The notes under the pieces were generated by a model, which was not told the origin of the DNA, ran no database searches, and saw only the letters and a program-made list of their open reading frames with translations. From positions 544,001-608,000 of the forward strand of contig CAVVHE010000004.1 in assembly GCA_963748015.1 (NCBI GenBank): 64,000 nucleotides of DNA, in the 5' to 3' direction. A program made the translations under genes and the position numbers. This document shows, in pieces, positions 41,971-52,230 of the stretch (positions are counted from its first letter, which is position 1; every line of letters begins with the position of its first letter). Origin of the DNA: Terriglobia bacterium. Its GTDB lineage: Bacteria; Acidobacteriota; Polarisedimenticolia; Polarisedimenticolales; JAIQFR01.

Positions 41971-42414
41971 ATGACCAAAGCGTTCGGTCCCCTTCTCGAA
42001 GCGGCTCGTATCCAGAGCGAGATCAACCGGCTCTTCAACAACCTCCTCGACCTCGGCACCGGGGGCAAGGACGGCGGCGCCTGGATCCCCAACGCGGACA
42101 TCGTCGAGACCGAGGACGCGCTCCTGGTCAAGGTGGAGGTGCCCGGCGTGGCGCTTTCGGGGCTGACGGTCTCCGTCCTCGGCGGCAACCTGATCCTCCA
42201 GGGGGACAAGGCGCGTGCCGAGCCGGATCCGCGATCGAAGTTCCACCTCGCCGAGCGCGCCTTCGGCCGGTTCCGCCGCGTCATCAACCTGGGGGTACCG
42301 GTGAACACCCACCGCGCGGAGGCGGAGCTGCAGGACGGCCTCCTCAAGTTGCGTTTCCCGAAGGTCCCGAACCGCCGCGGAGAAGAGGTCGCGATCGAGG
42401 TGAAGACGCCATGA
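41971..42414 (+). CDS. Hsp20/alpha-crystallin small heat shock protein
   Basis: WIPNADIVE, EVPGV, ERAFGRFRR, DGLLKLRFPK. Confidence 0.92.
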   Translation: MTKAFGPLLEAARIQSEINRLFNNLLDLGTGGKDGGAWIPNADIVETEDALLVKVEVPGVALSGLTVSVLGGNLILQGDKARAEPDPRSKFHLAERAFGRFRRVINLGVPVNTHRAEAELQDGLLKLRFPKVPNRRGEEVAIEVKTP

Positions 42415-44843
42415 AGGCACAGGCTGCGGATCAACCCGCCGAGGAGCAGGTCCGCGTCCCGTCGGAGCTGCCCGTGCTGCCCCTCCGGGACATGGTCGTG
42501 TATCCCTTCATCATCGCGCCGCTCTCGGTGGCCCGGGAGCTATCGATACAGGCGGTGGACCGCGCGCTGAGCGAGAACCGGATGATCCTCCTCGTCGCCC
42601 AGAAGGAGAAGGACGAGGAGGAGCCGACGGCCGACGACCTGTTCCAGGTCGGGACCGTCGCGGTCATCATGCGTATGTTGAAGCTCCCCGACGAGAGGAT
42701 TCGCGTGCTCGTCCAGGGGGTGTGCCGCGCGAGGGTGACCGAGTTCCTCGCGATGCGTCCGTATTTCCAGGCGAGGATCGACCGCCTCGCGGACCAGGCT
42801 CACGACCCCTCCTCGATCGAGAAGGAAGCGCTGATGCGCTCGGTGAAGCGGACTCTCGAGCGCGCCACGAGCCTCGGGAAGAACCTCCCGTCCGAGGTCA
42901 TGGTCATCGCGAACAACCTCGAGGATCCCGGGCGCCTCGCGGACCTCACCGCGTCGAATCTCGACCTCAAGGTGGGGGAGGCGCAGGAGGTCCTCGAGAC
43001 CCTCGATCCGGTGGCGCGCCTGAAGCGCGCGCACGATCTCCTCGGGCGGGAGCTCAACCTGCTGTCCATGCAGCGCGAGATCGACTCGATGGCCCGGGAC
43101 GAGATGGACCGTTCGCAGCGCGAGTTCTTCCTGAGGCAGCAGATGAAGGCGATCCAGAGCGAGCTCGGCGAGGGGAACGAGCTGGCCGAGGAGATCGAGC
43201 AGTACCGGCAAAAAGCGAAGGACCTGAAGATGCCGGCGCACGCGGTCGAGGAGATGGAAAAGCAGATCAAGAAGCTCGAGCGGATGCACCCCGACTCCGC
43301 CGAGACCGCCACGGTCCGCAACTTCCTCGACTGGCTCACCGGGATGCCCTGGGGGAAGGAGACGAAGGACAACCTCAACCTCAAGAAGGCGAGGCGGATC
43401 CTCGACGAGGACCACGACGGCCTCGAGAACATCAAGGAGAGGATCCTCGAGTACCTCGCCGTGCGAAAGCTCCGCAGCCACAGCAAGGGGCCGATTCTCT
43501 GCTTCGTCGGTCCTCCCGGCGTCGGGAAAACGTCCCTCGGCCGCTCGATCGCCCGGGCCCTCGGCAGGAACTTCGTCCGGCTCTCGCTCGGGGGAGTGAA
43601 GGACGAGGCGGAGATCCGCGGGCACCGCCGGACGTACGTCGGCGCCATGCCCGGACGGATCATCCAGGGCATCCACCAGGCCGGCTCCGGCAACCCCGTG
43701 TTCATGCTCGACGAGGTCGACAAGATCGGCGCGGACTTCCGCGGCGACCCGTCGGCCGCGCTCCTCGAGGTCCTCGACCCCGAGCAGAACTTCTCCTTCC
43801 GGGACCACTATCTCGGCCTGCAGTACGATCTGTCGAACGTCATGTTCATCACGACCGCGAACCTCCTCGACCCGATCCAGCCGGCGTTCCGGGACCGGAT
43901 GGAGGTCATCCGCCTTTCCGGCTACACCGAGGAGGAGAAGCTCACGATCGCCCGCCGTCACCTCGTCCCGCGGCAGATCGCGGAGAACGGCCTGAAGGGG
44001 GCGCAGATCGAGTTCTCGGAGAACGCCATCAAGGCCCTCATCGCCGAGTACACCCGCGAGGCGGGGCTCCGAAACCTCGAGCGCTGCATCGCGTCGCTCT
44101 GCCGCAAGGTCGCGCGGCAGGTGGCGGAAGGGCGCCGCGGGAAGGTGCGGATCATCGCGTCGAGCCTCGAATCGTTCCTCGGGGCGGCCCTGGCCTCGAG
44201 AGAGGACGCGCTCACCGAGGACAAGGTCGGCGTGGCGACGGGCCTGGCCTGGACCGAGGCCGGCGGCGACGTGCTGTTCGTCGAGGCGACCACGATGAAG
44301 GGGCGGGGCAACCTGATCCTGACGGGCCATCTCGGCGAGGTGATGAAGGAGTCCGCGCAGGCGGCGCTCTCCTATGCCCGCGCGAACGGGCGCGCGCTGG
44401 GCATCCCCGAGGGTTTCTTCGAGGAGAAGGACGTCCACGTGCACGTGCCGCAGGGGGCGATCCCCAAGGACGGCCCTTCCGCGGGGATCACGATGGCCAC
44501 CGCGATCCTCTCCGCGTTCACCGACCGGCCCGTGGCCCGGGAAGTCGCGATGACGGGGGAGATCACCCTCCGGGGGAACGTGCTCCCCGTCGGCGGCATC
44601 AAGGAGAAGGTCCTGGCCGCGCGGCGCTCCGGAATCGGGACGATCATCCTCCCCGAGGTGAATCGAAAGAACCTCGAGGAGATCCCGCCCGGGCTCCGCA
44701 AGGACCTGCGCTTCGTTTTCGTCCGCGACGTCCAGGAAGTCTTTTCCGTCGCGCTCCGGGAGTCCGCCACGCTGCAGGCGGGTCCGGAGACGAGCGAGGG
44801 GCGGAAGGCCCCGTCCCGCCCGCGCCCGGCCCGGGTACCGTGA
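42411..44843 (+). CDS. lon: ATP-dependent protease Lon
   Basis: [37 protein letters not shown] (catalytic Ser), GGIKEKV. Confidence 0.98.
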   Translation: MKAQAADQPAEEQVRVPSELPVLPLRDMVVYPFIIAPLSVARELSIQAVDRALSENRMILLVAQKEKDEEEPTADDLFQVGTVAVIMRMLKLPDERIRVLVQGVCRARVTEFLAMRPYFQARIDRLADQAHDPSSIEKEALMRSVKRTLERATSLGKNLPSEVMVIANNLEDPGRLADLTASNLDLKVGEAQEVLETLDPVARLKRAHDLLGRELNLLSMQREIDSMARDEMDRSQREFFLRQQMKAIQSELGEGNELAEEIEQYRQKAKDLKMPAHAVEEMEKQIKKLERMHPDSAETATVRNFLDWLTGMPWGKETKDNLNLKKARRILDEDHDGLENIKERILEYLAVRKLRSHSKGPILCFVGPPGVGKTSLGRSIARALGRNFVRLSLGGVKDEAEIRGHRRTYVGAMPGRIIQGIHQAGSGNPVFMLDEVDKIGADFRGDPSAALLEVLDPEQNFSFRDHYLGLQYDLSNVMFITTANLLDPIQPAFRDRMEVIRLSGYTEEEKLTIARRHLVPRQIAENGLKGAQIEFSENAIKALIAEYTREAGLRNLERCIASLCRKVARQVAEGRRGKVRIIASSLESFLGAALASREDALTEDKVGVATGLAWTEAGGDVLFVEATTMKGRGNLILTGHLGEVMKESAQAALSYARANGRALGIPEGFFEEKDVHVHVPQGAIPKDGPSAGITMATAILSAFTDRPVAREVAMTGEITLRGNVLPVGGIKEKVLAARRSGIGTIILPEVNRKNLEEIPPGLRKDLRFVFVRDVQEVFSVALRESATLQAGPETSEGRKAPSRPRPARVP

Positions 44844-44867
44844 AGGGGCCGGCGCCCCCGCTCTTCC

Positions 44868-44896
44868 TTGACCCCCGAGAGGGGGCTACCTAGAAT
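44868..44896 (+). promoter_or_regulatory. Putative sigma-70 promoter upstream of the ECF sigma / secretion cluster
   Basis: TTGACC-17 bp-TAGAAT. Confidence 0.65.
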
Positions 44897-44906
44897 GCGG
44901 TTCCCG

Positions 44907-44936
44907 GGACCGTCCCCGACGACGGTCCTTTTTTTT
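44907..44936 (+). terminator. Intrinsic terminator-like hairpin
   Basis: GGACCGTC-CCCGAC-GACGGTCC followed by T8. Confidence 0.7.
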
Positions 44937-45022
44937 CGGGATCCGGCTAGACGCCGGGGCGGGGTGGTCCGTACCTCAGTGCGGCTCCCGTCCCGGATCG
45001 CCGTGTCCCCGAAGCCGGGCGG

Positions 45023-45622
45023 ATGCGGGACGAAGCCGATCTGATAAGGGAAGCCGCGCGTGGCGACGCGGGCGCGTTCGAGGAGTTGGTGCTCCGGAAG
45101 CGCGAACGGGTGGTCCGCACTGCCTATCAGATCACGGGCGATCTCGAGGACGCCCGGGACGTCGCGCAGTGGGTGTTCGTCAGGCTCTGGAAGGTGCTGC
45201 GGCGGTTCGACCCGGGCCGCCGATTCGACACGTGGCTGTACAGGATCACCGTGAACGCCGCCATCGACCTGCTCCGTGAAAAAGGCCCCCGCGGGGCGCT
45301 CCAGCCCCTGCCGGAGGATCCGTCGGCTCTCCCGGCGAACGGCGCCCCCTCGGCCGAGCGGTCGATGGACCTCAAGGAGCTGCAGCGGGCGTTCCTCAGG
45401 CTCGCGTCGCGCCTCGCCCCCAAGCAGCGGGCGGCTTTCGTGCTGCGCGAGATCGAGGGGCTCTCCACCGAGGAGGTCGCGAGGGCCCTCGACATCCGCG
45501 AGTCCACCGTGAGGAACCACCTCCTCCAGGCCAGGCGCGTCCTCCGCGAGGGCCTGGAGCGGGAGTATCCGGGACTCGTGCCGCCCGAGCTCCGCCGGCC
45601 GCGGACGGAGGGCGAGAGGTGA
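45023..45622 (+). CDS. ECF RNA polymerase sigma factor
   Basis: [28 protein letters not shown], region 4 [20 protein letters not shown]. Confidence 0.93.
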   Translation: MRDEADLIREAARGDAGAFEELVLRKRERVVRTAYQITGDLEDARDVAQWVFVRLWKVLRRFDPGRRFDTWLYRITVNAAIDLLREKGPRGALQPLPEDPSALPANGAPSAERSMDLKELQRAFLRLASRLAPKQRAAFVLREIEGLSTEEVARALDIRESTVRNHLLQARRVLREGLEREYPGLVPPELRRPRTEGER

Positions 45623-46101
45623 ACGGGCATCCCGATCCGCTCGGACTCGACGCCCTCGAGGAGGGGGAGCGCCGGGAAGCGATCGAGCACCTCGGGCGGT
45701 GCGAGGCCTGCAGGAAAAAGGCCCTCGCCGGCGACGCCTCGCGGCTGTTCGCGCTGCTCGCCGCGAGCCCGGTGCCGCGCGACATCCTCGATCGGGTGTC
45801 CTCCGGGGTCGCCGCCGCCATCCGGGGCGAGGCGCCCGTTCCCCGCCGCGCTCCGTCGTACCGCGTCCGCACGGCATCGGCCTGGGCGGCGGCCGCCGTG
45901 CTGGCCGCAGCGATTCTGCTCCCCCTGGCGGGCCGGCCCGGACAACCCGGTCCGGAGCGCGCGTCCGCGGCTCCCTCCCGAGAGCAGGTCCCCCGCGCGG
46001 GAGTGCAGCTCGTCGCATCCCCCGGCGCGATACAGACGGTGGATCTCACCGTGGGAGAGACACAGCTCGTCATGATCTTCGATCCGAGGCTAGAGCTATG
46101 A
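45619..46101 (+). CDS. Putative zinc-binding (ZAS/zf-HC2) membrane anti-sigma factor
   Basis: HLGRCEAC (HxxxCxxC), one TM segment, short C-terminal domain; coupled to ECF sigma stop. Confidence 0.8.
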   Translation: MNGHPDPLGLDALEEGERREAIEHLGRCEACRKKALAGDASRLFALLAASPVPRDILDRVSSGVAAAIRGEAPVPRRAPSYRVRTASAWAAAAVLAAAILLPLAGRPGQPGPERASAAPSREQVPRAGVQLVASPGAIQTVDLTVGETQLVMIFDPRLEL

Positions 46102-46847
46102 GCGCCGCCGGCGCACGCGGCGCGCTCGCCGCGCTCTTCCTCGCGGCCGCCTTCCTCGCGGCGTCCTTGGCACCGGCCGGCGCGGCCGAGCAGGGCAGCC
46201 CGCAGGCGGAAGCCGTCCTCGCCCGCGCCTACGAGATCCGGTTCCGCCCGCTCAAGGACGCCGCCGACCTGGTCGGATCCGTCCTCTCCCCCGACGGCTC
46301 GGTGACGCTGCAGCCCAGGCTGCGGACGCTCGTCGTCCAGGACCGCAAGTCCGTGCTCGACCGCATCGCGTCGCTCCTCGGGAGCTTCGACCTCCCGCCG
46401 CGCAACGTGGAGGTCACGCTCAGCCTCTTCCTCGGGACCGACCGGCGCGAGGAGGAAGCGGGTCGGCAGTCGCGCGCCGAGGGGCTGACGCGGGAGGTCC
46501 GCGGCGTGACCGAGACCCTCGGCGACGTGACGAAGTGGAATGCCTACGAGCCGCTCGGCAGCCGGTCGGTGATCGGCGCCGAGGGGGCGACGGTCACGGC
46601 GAACCTCTCCGAGGACTACCGGGTGACGTTCGAGGTGGAGTCGGTGACCGAGCCGCAGGGCGTGGTCAGGTTCCGCAGCGTCTCGCTCAAGCGCGTCGTC
46701 CGGAGGCCCGACGGGTCCGAGAAGGTGGAGGACCTGGTGACCACGGCCATCGTGATCCCTTCCGGGCGGCTGCTGGTGGTGGGGGCGGCGAAGAGCCCCG
46801 ATTCCCGCAAGGCGCTTTTCCTCACCCTTCAGGCGCGGCCGAGGTAG
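46098..46847 (+). CDS. Exported secretin N-terminal-domain-like protein lacking a full secretin core
   Basis: Signal peptide; YEIRFRP...TLVVQD..VLDRIASLLGSFDLPPRNVEV resembles the Secretin_N repeat; only 249 aa. Confidence 0.65.
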   Translation: MSAAGARGALAALFLAAAFLAASLAPAGAAEQGSPQAEAVLARAYEIRFRPLKDAADLVGSVLSPDGSVTLQPRLRTLVVQDRKSVLDRIASLLGSFDLPPRNVEVTLSLFLGTDRREEEAGRQSRAEGLTREVRGVTETLGDVTKWNAYEPLGSRSVIGAEGATVTANLSEDYRVTFEVESVTEPQGVVRFRSVSLKRVVRRPDGSEKVEDLVTTAIVIPSGRLLVVGAAKSPDSRKALFLTLQARPR

Positions 46848-46852
46848 GCGCG

Positions 46853-48072
46853 ATGCCCCAATTCTACTGCCGCATGGCCGCGCCCACCGGCGAGATCGTC
46901 GAGAGAGTCTTGACCGGCGTCGACGAGGCGGCGCTGCGTCGCGAGCTCGAGGACAAGGACTACCTCGTCCTGGATCTGCGGCGAGCGGAGCCGCGCGCTT
47001 CAGGTGGTGGCGGAGCTGCTGAGGCTCCGCGCGAGGGTCTCGTCCCGCGAGTTCCTGTTCTTCAACCAGGAGCTGTCGGCGCTGATTCGCGCCGGCCTCC
47101 CGATCCTGACGAGCCTCGACATCCTCATCGAGCGCCGCAAGAACCCGGTGTTCCGCCGGGCGCTCGCGGACGTCCGGGAGCGGGTCAAGTCCGGGGAGAT
47201 GCTCTCGGAGGCGTTCGCGGCGCAAGGAGAGCTCTTCCCCCGGCTCTACTGCTCCGCCCTCGCGTCGGGCGAGCGGTCGGGCGAGCTGGCGACGGTGCTC
47301 AAGCGCTACATCGCCTACACGCGGAGCTCCTGGCCATCCGGCGGAAGGTCGTGGCGGCGATGACCTACCCGGCGATCCTCCTGGTCCTGTCCGTCGGCCT
47401 GGTCGCGCTGATGACCTTCTACATCATCCCGAAGTTCACGTCCTTCATGACGGAACTCGGCACCGACGCTGCCGCTGGATCACCCGGGCCCTGCTGGGCA
47501 CCGCGAATTTCACGCGAGACCACTGGATCGTCCTTGTCGGCGGGGTCGCGGCGAGCTTCATCGCGATCACCGCGTGGCAGAGGAGCGGCTCGGGCCGGAT
47601 CGCTTTCGACCGCATCAAGCTGCGCCTTCCGATCGTGGGGGGAGTCGTCCACGATTACGCGCAGAACCGGTTCACGCGCACCCTCGGGACGCTCGCCGCG
47701 GGGGGTATCCCGCTGGTCGTCTCCCTCGAGCTCGCGGCCCGCGCGGTGGGGAACGCGCTGTTCGAAAGGGAGCTCCTGCAGGTGGCCGTCCGCGTGCGCG
47801 AGGGGCAATCGCTCTGGGAATCGCTGGAACGGACCGGGCTGTTGAACGACATCGCCATCGAGATGATCAAGGTCGGCGAGTCCACCGGGTCGCTGGAGGA
47901 GATGCTCGAGAACACGTCGGAGTTCATGGACGAGGAGATCGACTACAAGCTGACGCGGGTGGTCTCGCTGATCGAGCCGCTCATGCTGGTATTCATGGCG
48001 GTAGTGGTCGGCGGCATGCTGCTGGCGATCTACCTCCCCCTGATTCGCACCTACGGCCAGGCCAGGTTCTGA
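46853..48072 (+). pseudogene. pilC: Type II secretion F / PilC inner-membrane platform protein, four frameshifts (pseudogene or assembly error)
   Basis: Continuous PilC sequence spread over three frames: +1 near 46985, -1 near 47323, +1 at 47468 and 47478; motifs ELSALIRAGLPI, GERSGEL, AMTYP, LPLIT, GESTGSL, LIEPL. Confidence 0.85.
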
Positions 48073-48085
48073 CCGGGAGACCCCG

Positions 48086-49738
48086 ATGGCGGAAGACACC
48101 AAGGCCCGGGACGAGAAGACGGCGACGGCGGCGGAGTCCGGGGCCAGCGAGGAGATCCTCTCGGAGGAGTATCAGGCGCAGCGGCTCGCCGAGCGGCTGG
48201 GGATCGAGTACGTCGACCTCGAGCACTTCGAGATCGACCCCGAGCTGTTCCGCTCCCTCCCCGTGGACCTCATGTTCCGCTACAACTTCGTCCCCCGGCA
48301 CCGCACCGAGAAGGGGCTCGTGATCGTGCTGGCGGATCCCACGGACGTCCTGATGATCGACGAGCTGGAGCTCCTGCTCGGCTCGAGCATCGACGTCTGC
48401 GTCGGCACTCCCACCGCGATCCAGGAGATCCTGAAGAAGAGCGAGTCCTCCCAGCGGGTCCTGGAGGAGGCGACCGAGGACTTCAAGATCCAGATCGTCA
48501 CCGAGGACGAGGAGACGGGGGAGGAAACCCTCTCCATCGACAAGCTGACCTCCGATTCGTCGCCGATCATCAAGCTGGTGGACTCGACGATCTTCAACGC
48601 GCTCCAGCGCCGGGCGTCGGACATCCACATCGAGACTCGGGAGCGCGAGGTCGTGATCAAGTACCGGATCGACGGCGTCCTCTACCAGGCGATGGAGCCG
48701 ATCGACAAGAAGTTCCACTCGACGATCATCTCCCGGATCAAGGTCATGTCGGAGCTCGACATCTCCGAGAAGCGCGTCCCCCAGGACGGCAGGTTCAAGC
48801 TCCGCGTCAAGGGGCGCAACGTGGACTTCCGCGTCTCGATCATGCCGAGCGTGCACGGCGAGGACTGCGTGATCCGCATCCTGGACAAGGAGTACACGAG
48901 CGAGACGTTCTCGCAGCTCACGCTGGACATCTGCGGCTTCGAGGAGCGCGACCTGCTGCGGATCCGCCGGTTCATCAAGGAGCCGTACGGGATGGTGCTG
49001 GTGACCGGTCCCACGGGCTCCGGGAAGACCACGACGCTGTACGCCGCCGTGTCGGAGATCAGGACCGAGGAGGACAAGATCGTCACGATCGAGGACCCGG
49101 TAGAGTACCAGCTCCCCGGGATCACGCAGATCCCGGTGAACGAGAAGAAGGGGCTGACCTTCGCCCGCGGGCTGCGCTCGATCCTCCGCCACGATCCGGA
49201 CAAGATCATGGTGGGGGAGATCCGGGACGAGGAGACCGCCCAGATCGCGATCCAGTCCGCGCTCACCGGCCACCTGGTGTTCACCACCGTGCACGCCAAC
49301 AACGTGGTGGACGTGGTGGGACGTTTCCTGAACATGAACGTGGAGCCGTACAACTTCGTCTCCGCGCTGAACTGCATCCTGGCGCAGCGGCTCGTGCGCC
49401 TGATCTGCGCGAGCTGCCGGCGGCCCGTCAAGGCGAGCCGCGAGCTGCTCTTGGCGTCGGGCCTCGACCCGGCCCGGTACAGCGACTACACGTTCTACGA
49501 GGGGAAGGGCTGCATCGACTGCAACGGCACGGGGTACCGCGGGAGGACGGCGATCGCCGAGCTCCTCGACATGTCCGACCGGATCCGCGAGATGATCCTG
49601 CAGCGGAAACCGGGCTCCGACATCAAGCGCGCCGCGAAGGAGGAAGGCATGACCTTCCTCCGGGAGGCGGCGCTCGCCAAGGTGTTCGCGGGGAAGACGT
49701 CGCTGCAGGAGATCAACAAGGTGACCTTCGTCGAATGA
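48086..49738 (+). CDS. pilB: GspE/PilB assembly ATPase
   Basis: ASDIHIE, RIDGVL, PQDGR, GPTGSGKTTT, TIEDPVE, GEIRD, TGHLV, tetra-Cys Zn motif. Confidence 0.93.
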   Translation: MAEDTKARDEKTATAAESGASEEILSEEYQAQRLAERLGIEYVDLEHFEIDPELFRSLPVDLMFRYNFVPRHRTEKGLVIVLADPTDVLMIDELELLLGSSIDVCVGTPTAIQEILKKSESSQRVLEEATEDFKIQIVTEDEETGEETLSIDKLTSDSSPIIKLVDSTIFNALQRRASDIHIETREREVVIKYRIDGVLYQAMEPIDKKFHSTIISRIKVMSELDISEKRVPQDGRFKLRVKGRNVDFRVSIMPSVHGEDCVIRILDKEYTSETFSQLTLDICGFEERDLLRIRRFIKEPYGMVLVTGPTGSGKTTTLYAAVSEIRTEEDKIVTIEDPVEYQLPGITQIPVNEKKGLTFARGLRSILRHDPDKIMVGEIRDEETAQIAIQSALTGHLVFTTVHANNVVDVVGRFLNMNVEPYNFVSALNCILAQRLVRLICASCRRPVKASRELLLASGLDPARYSDYTFYEGKGCIDCNGTGYRGRTAIAELLDMSDRIREMILQRKPGSDIKRAAKEEGMTFLREAALAKVFAGKTSLQEINKVTFVE

Positions 49739-49766
49739 CGGCGCACCCCTCCGGCCCGGAGAATCC

Positions 49767-50783
49767 ATGAGCCTGGTGGCCTCACTGCTCGAACCGTTCC
49801 GGCGAATCGATCTCGATCGCGTGGCGCTCCTTCGCGCTTCGGCGCCGCCCGTGGCGGTAGAGGTGGATCGCTCGGAGATGGTCCTGGTGCGCCTCCGGCT
49901 GCGCCGGCGCGGGCTCGCCGTGCTCGAGGCCCACGCCAGCCGCCCGATGCCGGAACCCGTCACGGAGAGCTCGAACCTCAAGGTCAATCTCGGCGCCCTG
50001 GAGGAGACGACGCGCAAGGCCAGGGAGCTGTTCGAGTCCACGGGCACCCGCCCCGGCCGCGTCTCGCTGGTGCTCCCCGACAACCTCGCGAGGGTCTCGT
50101 TGCTGAGCTTTCCCGAGCGCCCGCCGAGCCGGCGCCACCTCGACGAGATGGTCCGCTTCAAGCTCCGCAAGTCGGTTCCGTTCCGGCTGGAGGAGGCGTC
50201 GATCTCCTACCAGGTCCTCCCGGGCAACGGGACCGAGATGCAGGTCCTGGTCGCGCTGATGCTCCGGTCGGCCGTGGAGCAGTTCGAGCAGGTCTTCGAG
50301 GCCGTCGGCGCCCGTCCGGGACGGGTGGACCTCAGCACGCTGGCCCTGTTCAACCTGTGCCGCCGCGACATCGCGAAAGCCTCGGCTCACGACCGGGACG
50401 TGGCCCTGCTGAACTGCGCGAGAGGGTACTTCTCTCTCCTGATCGTCCGGGGAGAGCGAATCCTCTTCTACCGCAGCAAGTCGCTCTCCGCCGAGGAGGG
50501 AAGCGCGGAGTCCGTGGGGCCGGTGCTGAACCGCGAGCTGGCGACGTCGGTCTCCTATTACCAGGAGAAGCTCGGCGGGCAGGGGATCTCGACGACGTTC
50601 GTGAGGGACGTGAACGCCGCGCCGGGCGACCGGAGCGCCTCGCTCGAGGCGCTCGGCCTGGGGAGCGTGGTGGCGATCCGCCCGGCGAGCCACCTCGAGC
50701 TTCCGCCGGGGCGCGGGCTCGATCCCCTGACCGGCCAGCGGATCGCCCCCGCGGTGGGCGCGGCGGCGAGGAGGGTGGAGTGA
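49767..50783 (+). CDS. PilM/GspL-like cytoplasmic alignment protein
   Basis: Actin-like fold pattern, VPFRLEEASISYQ, SVSYYQ; position after ATPase. Confidence 0.75.
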   Translation: MSLVASLLEPFRRIDLDRVALLRASAPPVAVEVDRSEMVLVRLRLRRRGLAVLEAHASRPMPEPVTESSNLKVNLGALEETTRKARELFESTGTRPGRVSLVLPDNLARVSLLSFPERPPSRRHLDEMVRFKLRKSVPFRLEEASISYQVLPGNGTEMQVLVALMLRSAVEQFEQVFEAVGARPGRVDLSTLALFNLCRRDIAKASAHDRDVALLNCARGYFSLLIVRGERILFYRSKSLSAEEGSAESVGPVLNRELATSVSYYQEKLGGQGISTTFVRDVNAAPGDRSASLEALGLGSVVAIRPASHLELPPGRGLDPLTGQRIAPAVGAAARRVE

Positions 50784-51613
50784 CCCAGCCGCTCGATCTC
50801 AACCTGGCCACGCATCCGTTCCGCAACAACACGCTGTTGTGGGCGGCCCACGGCGTGGCGTGCGCGTCGCTCCTGGCGTTCAGCATCTGGAACGTCACCG
50901 CGTTTCTCGACGAGAGCGGCTCCCTGAAGGAGCTCCGGGGACAGGTCGCCCAGGTCGGGCAGCGGATGTCGGCGCTCGACCAGCGCGATCAGGGCGCCCA
51001 GGCGGGAATCGCCCGCCACGACCTGAAGGACCTGTCGATCCAGGCCGGGACCGCCAACGAAGTCATCATGATGAAGGCGCTCTCCTGGACTCGTCTCTTC
51101 AACCTGCTGGAGAAGGTCGTTCCCTACGAGGTCAAGACGGTGGCGGTCCGCCCGGCGTTCGGCACCGAGACCCGCGGCCGCCCCGAGGCGGCGCTCGCCG
51201 AGGAGTCGGTCCCGGTCTCGATCCAGGGGATCGCCCAGAGCGTCGAGGCCTTCCTGGAGCTCGAGCGCTCGCTGATCATGGACGTGCACTTCGACCAGGT
51301 CGAGCCCGAGAAGACCGACGTCGTCCCTGGGGGGAGCGAGGTCGCCTTCCAGGTGCGGTTCCTCTACTTCCCCAACGGCCGGACGAGGATCGGGAACGCC
51401 CCCGACCTTCCCCACCTCCTCGAGGCGGCGGCGGCCGAGGCGGCGTCGCCCGAGGACATCCCGGCGGGAAGCGAGGAAGGCGGAAGCGACGACGCGGCCG
51501 CTCCCCCGGCCACCGCGGCTCCCGACCCCGTCCCGGCGGCGCCCGTCCGCAAGCCTGCGGCCCCGCCGGCGGGACGCCCGGCGGCGCGCGTCGAGAAGGG
51601 GGGGAAGCGCTGA
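50780..51613 (+). CDS. PilN-like bitopic protein
   Basis: N-terminal LNLATHPF (INLL-like), one TM, coiled coil, SWTRLFNLLEKVVP; Pro/Ala-rich tail. Confidence 0.75.
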   Translation: MTQPLDLNLATHPFRNNTLLWAAHGVACASLLAFSIWNVTAFLDESGSLKELRGQVAQVGQRMSALDQRDQGAQAGIARHDLKDLSIQAGTANEVIMMKALSWTRLFNLLEKVVPYEVKTVAVRPAFGTETRGRPEAALAEESVPVSIQGIAQSVEAFLELERSLIMDVHFDQVEPEKTDVVPGGSEVAFQVRFLYFPNGRTRIGNAPDLPHLLEAAAAEAASPEDIPAGSEEGGSDDAAAPPATAAPDPVPAAPVRKPAAPPAGRPAARVEKGGKR

Positions 51614-52230
51614 TGCTTCCCCGCAAGCTGCGATTCGACCTGAGGCAGATGGCCCGGCAGATCCTGGTGTTCTACCTCGCGGTTCTCGCCGTCAACGTCC
51701 TGGTCTACGCCGCCCTCGTCCGGCCCAGGGTCCAGAGCCTCCGCCAGATGAGGGCGGAGAGCCAGCCGGCCCGCGAGCGGCTCAAGGAACGGGAAAGCGA
51801 GGTGAAGGGGCGCGAGGACGATCTCGCGGCTCTCGACCGCGCCAAGGCCGACCTCGAGCGGCTCCGGCGGGACGTGCTGTCCACCCGCGACCGGCGGATG
51901 ATCGAGGTCCAGTTCGAGCTGGCGCAGCTCGCGCGGCAGTTCGGGATCAACCTGCAGCGGGTCCAGTACGAGAACAAGAAGCTCGAGGAGGAAGGGCTCG
52001 AGCGGTTCGCCATGGTGGTCCCGCTGAGCGGCGGGTACTCGAACCTGAGGAAGTTCCTCCAGGCCGTGGAGCACTCCGACAAGTTCCTGGTGATCGAGCA
52101 GGTGGCGCTGGCGACGGGACGCGACGGCGGAGCGCTCATCGATCTGAACATCACCCTGGCCACCTACTTCGACGATCCGGGGGCGAGAGCCGCCCAATCG
52201 GCGAAGCGGCGCGCCGCCAGGAGGGCGTGA
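51613..52230 (+). CDS. PilO/GspM-like bitopic protein
   Basis: One TM, coiled coil, LSGGYSNLRKFLQAVE...LATYF. Confidence 0.8.
   Translation: MLPRKLRFDLRQMARQILVFYLAVLAVNVLVYAALVRPRVQSLRQMRAESQPARERLKERESEVKGREDDLAALDRAKADLERLRRDVLSTRDRRMIEVQFELAQLARQFGINLQRVQYENKKLEEEGLERFAMVVPLSGGYSNLRKFLQAVEHSDKFLVIEQVALATGRDGGALIDLNITLATYFDDPGARAAQSAKRRAARRA

Noticed and set aside
46853..48072. Programmed ribosomal frameshifting or phase variation in pilC
   Set aside because: Four separate shifts with no slippery heptamer or long simple repeat are implausible as a programmed event
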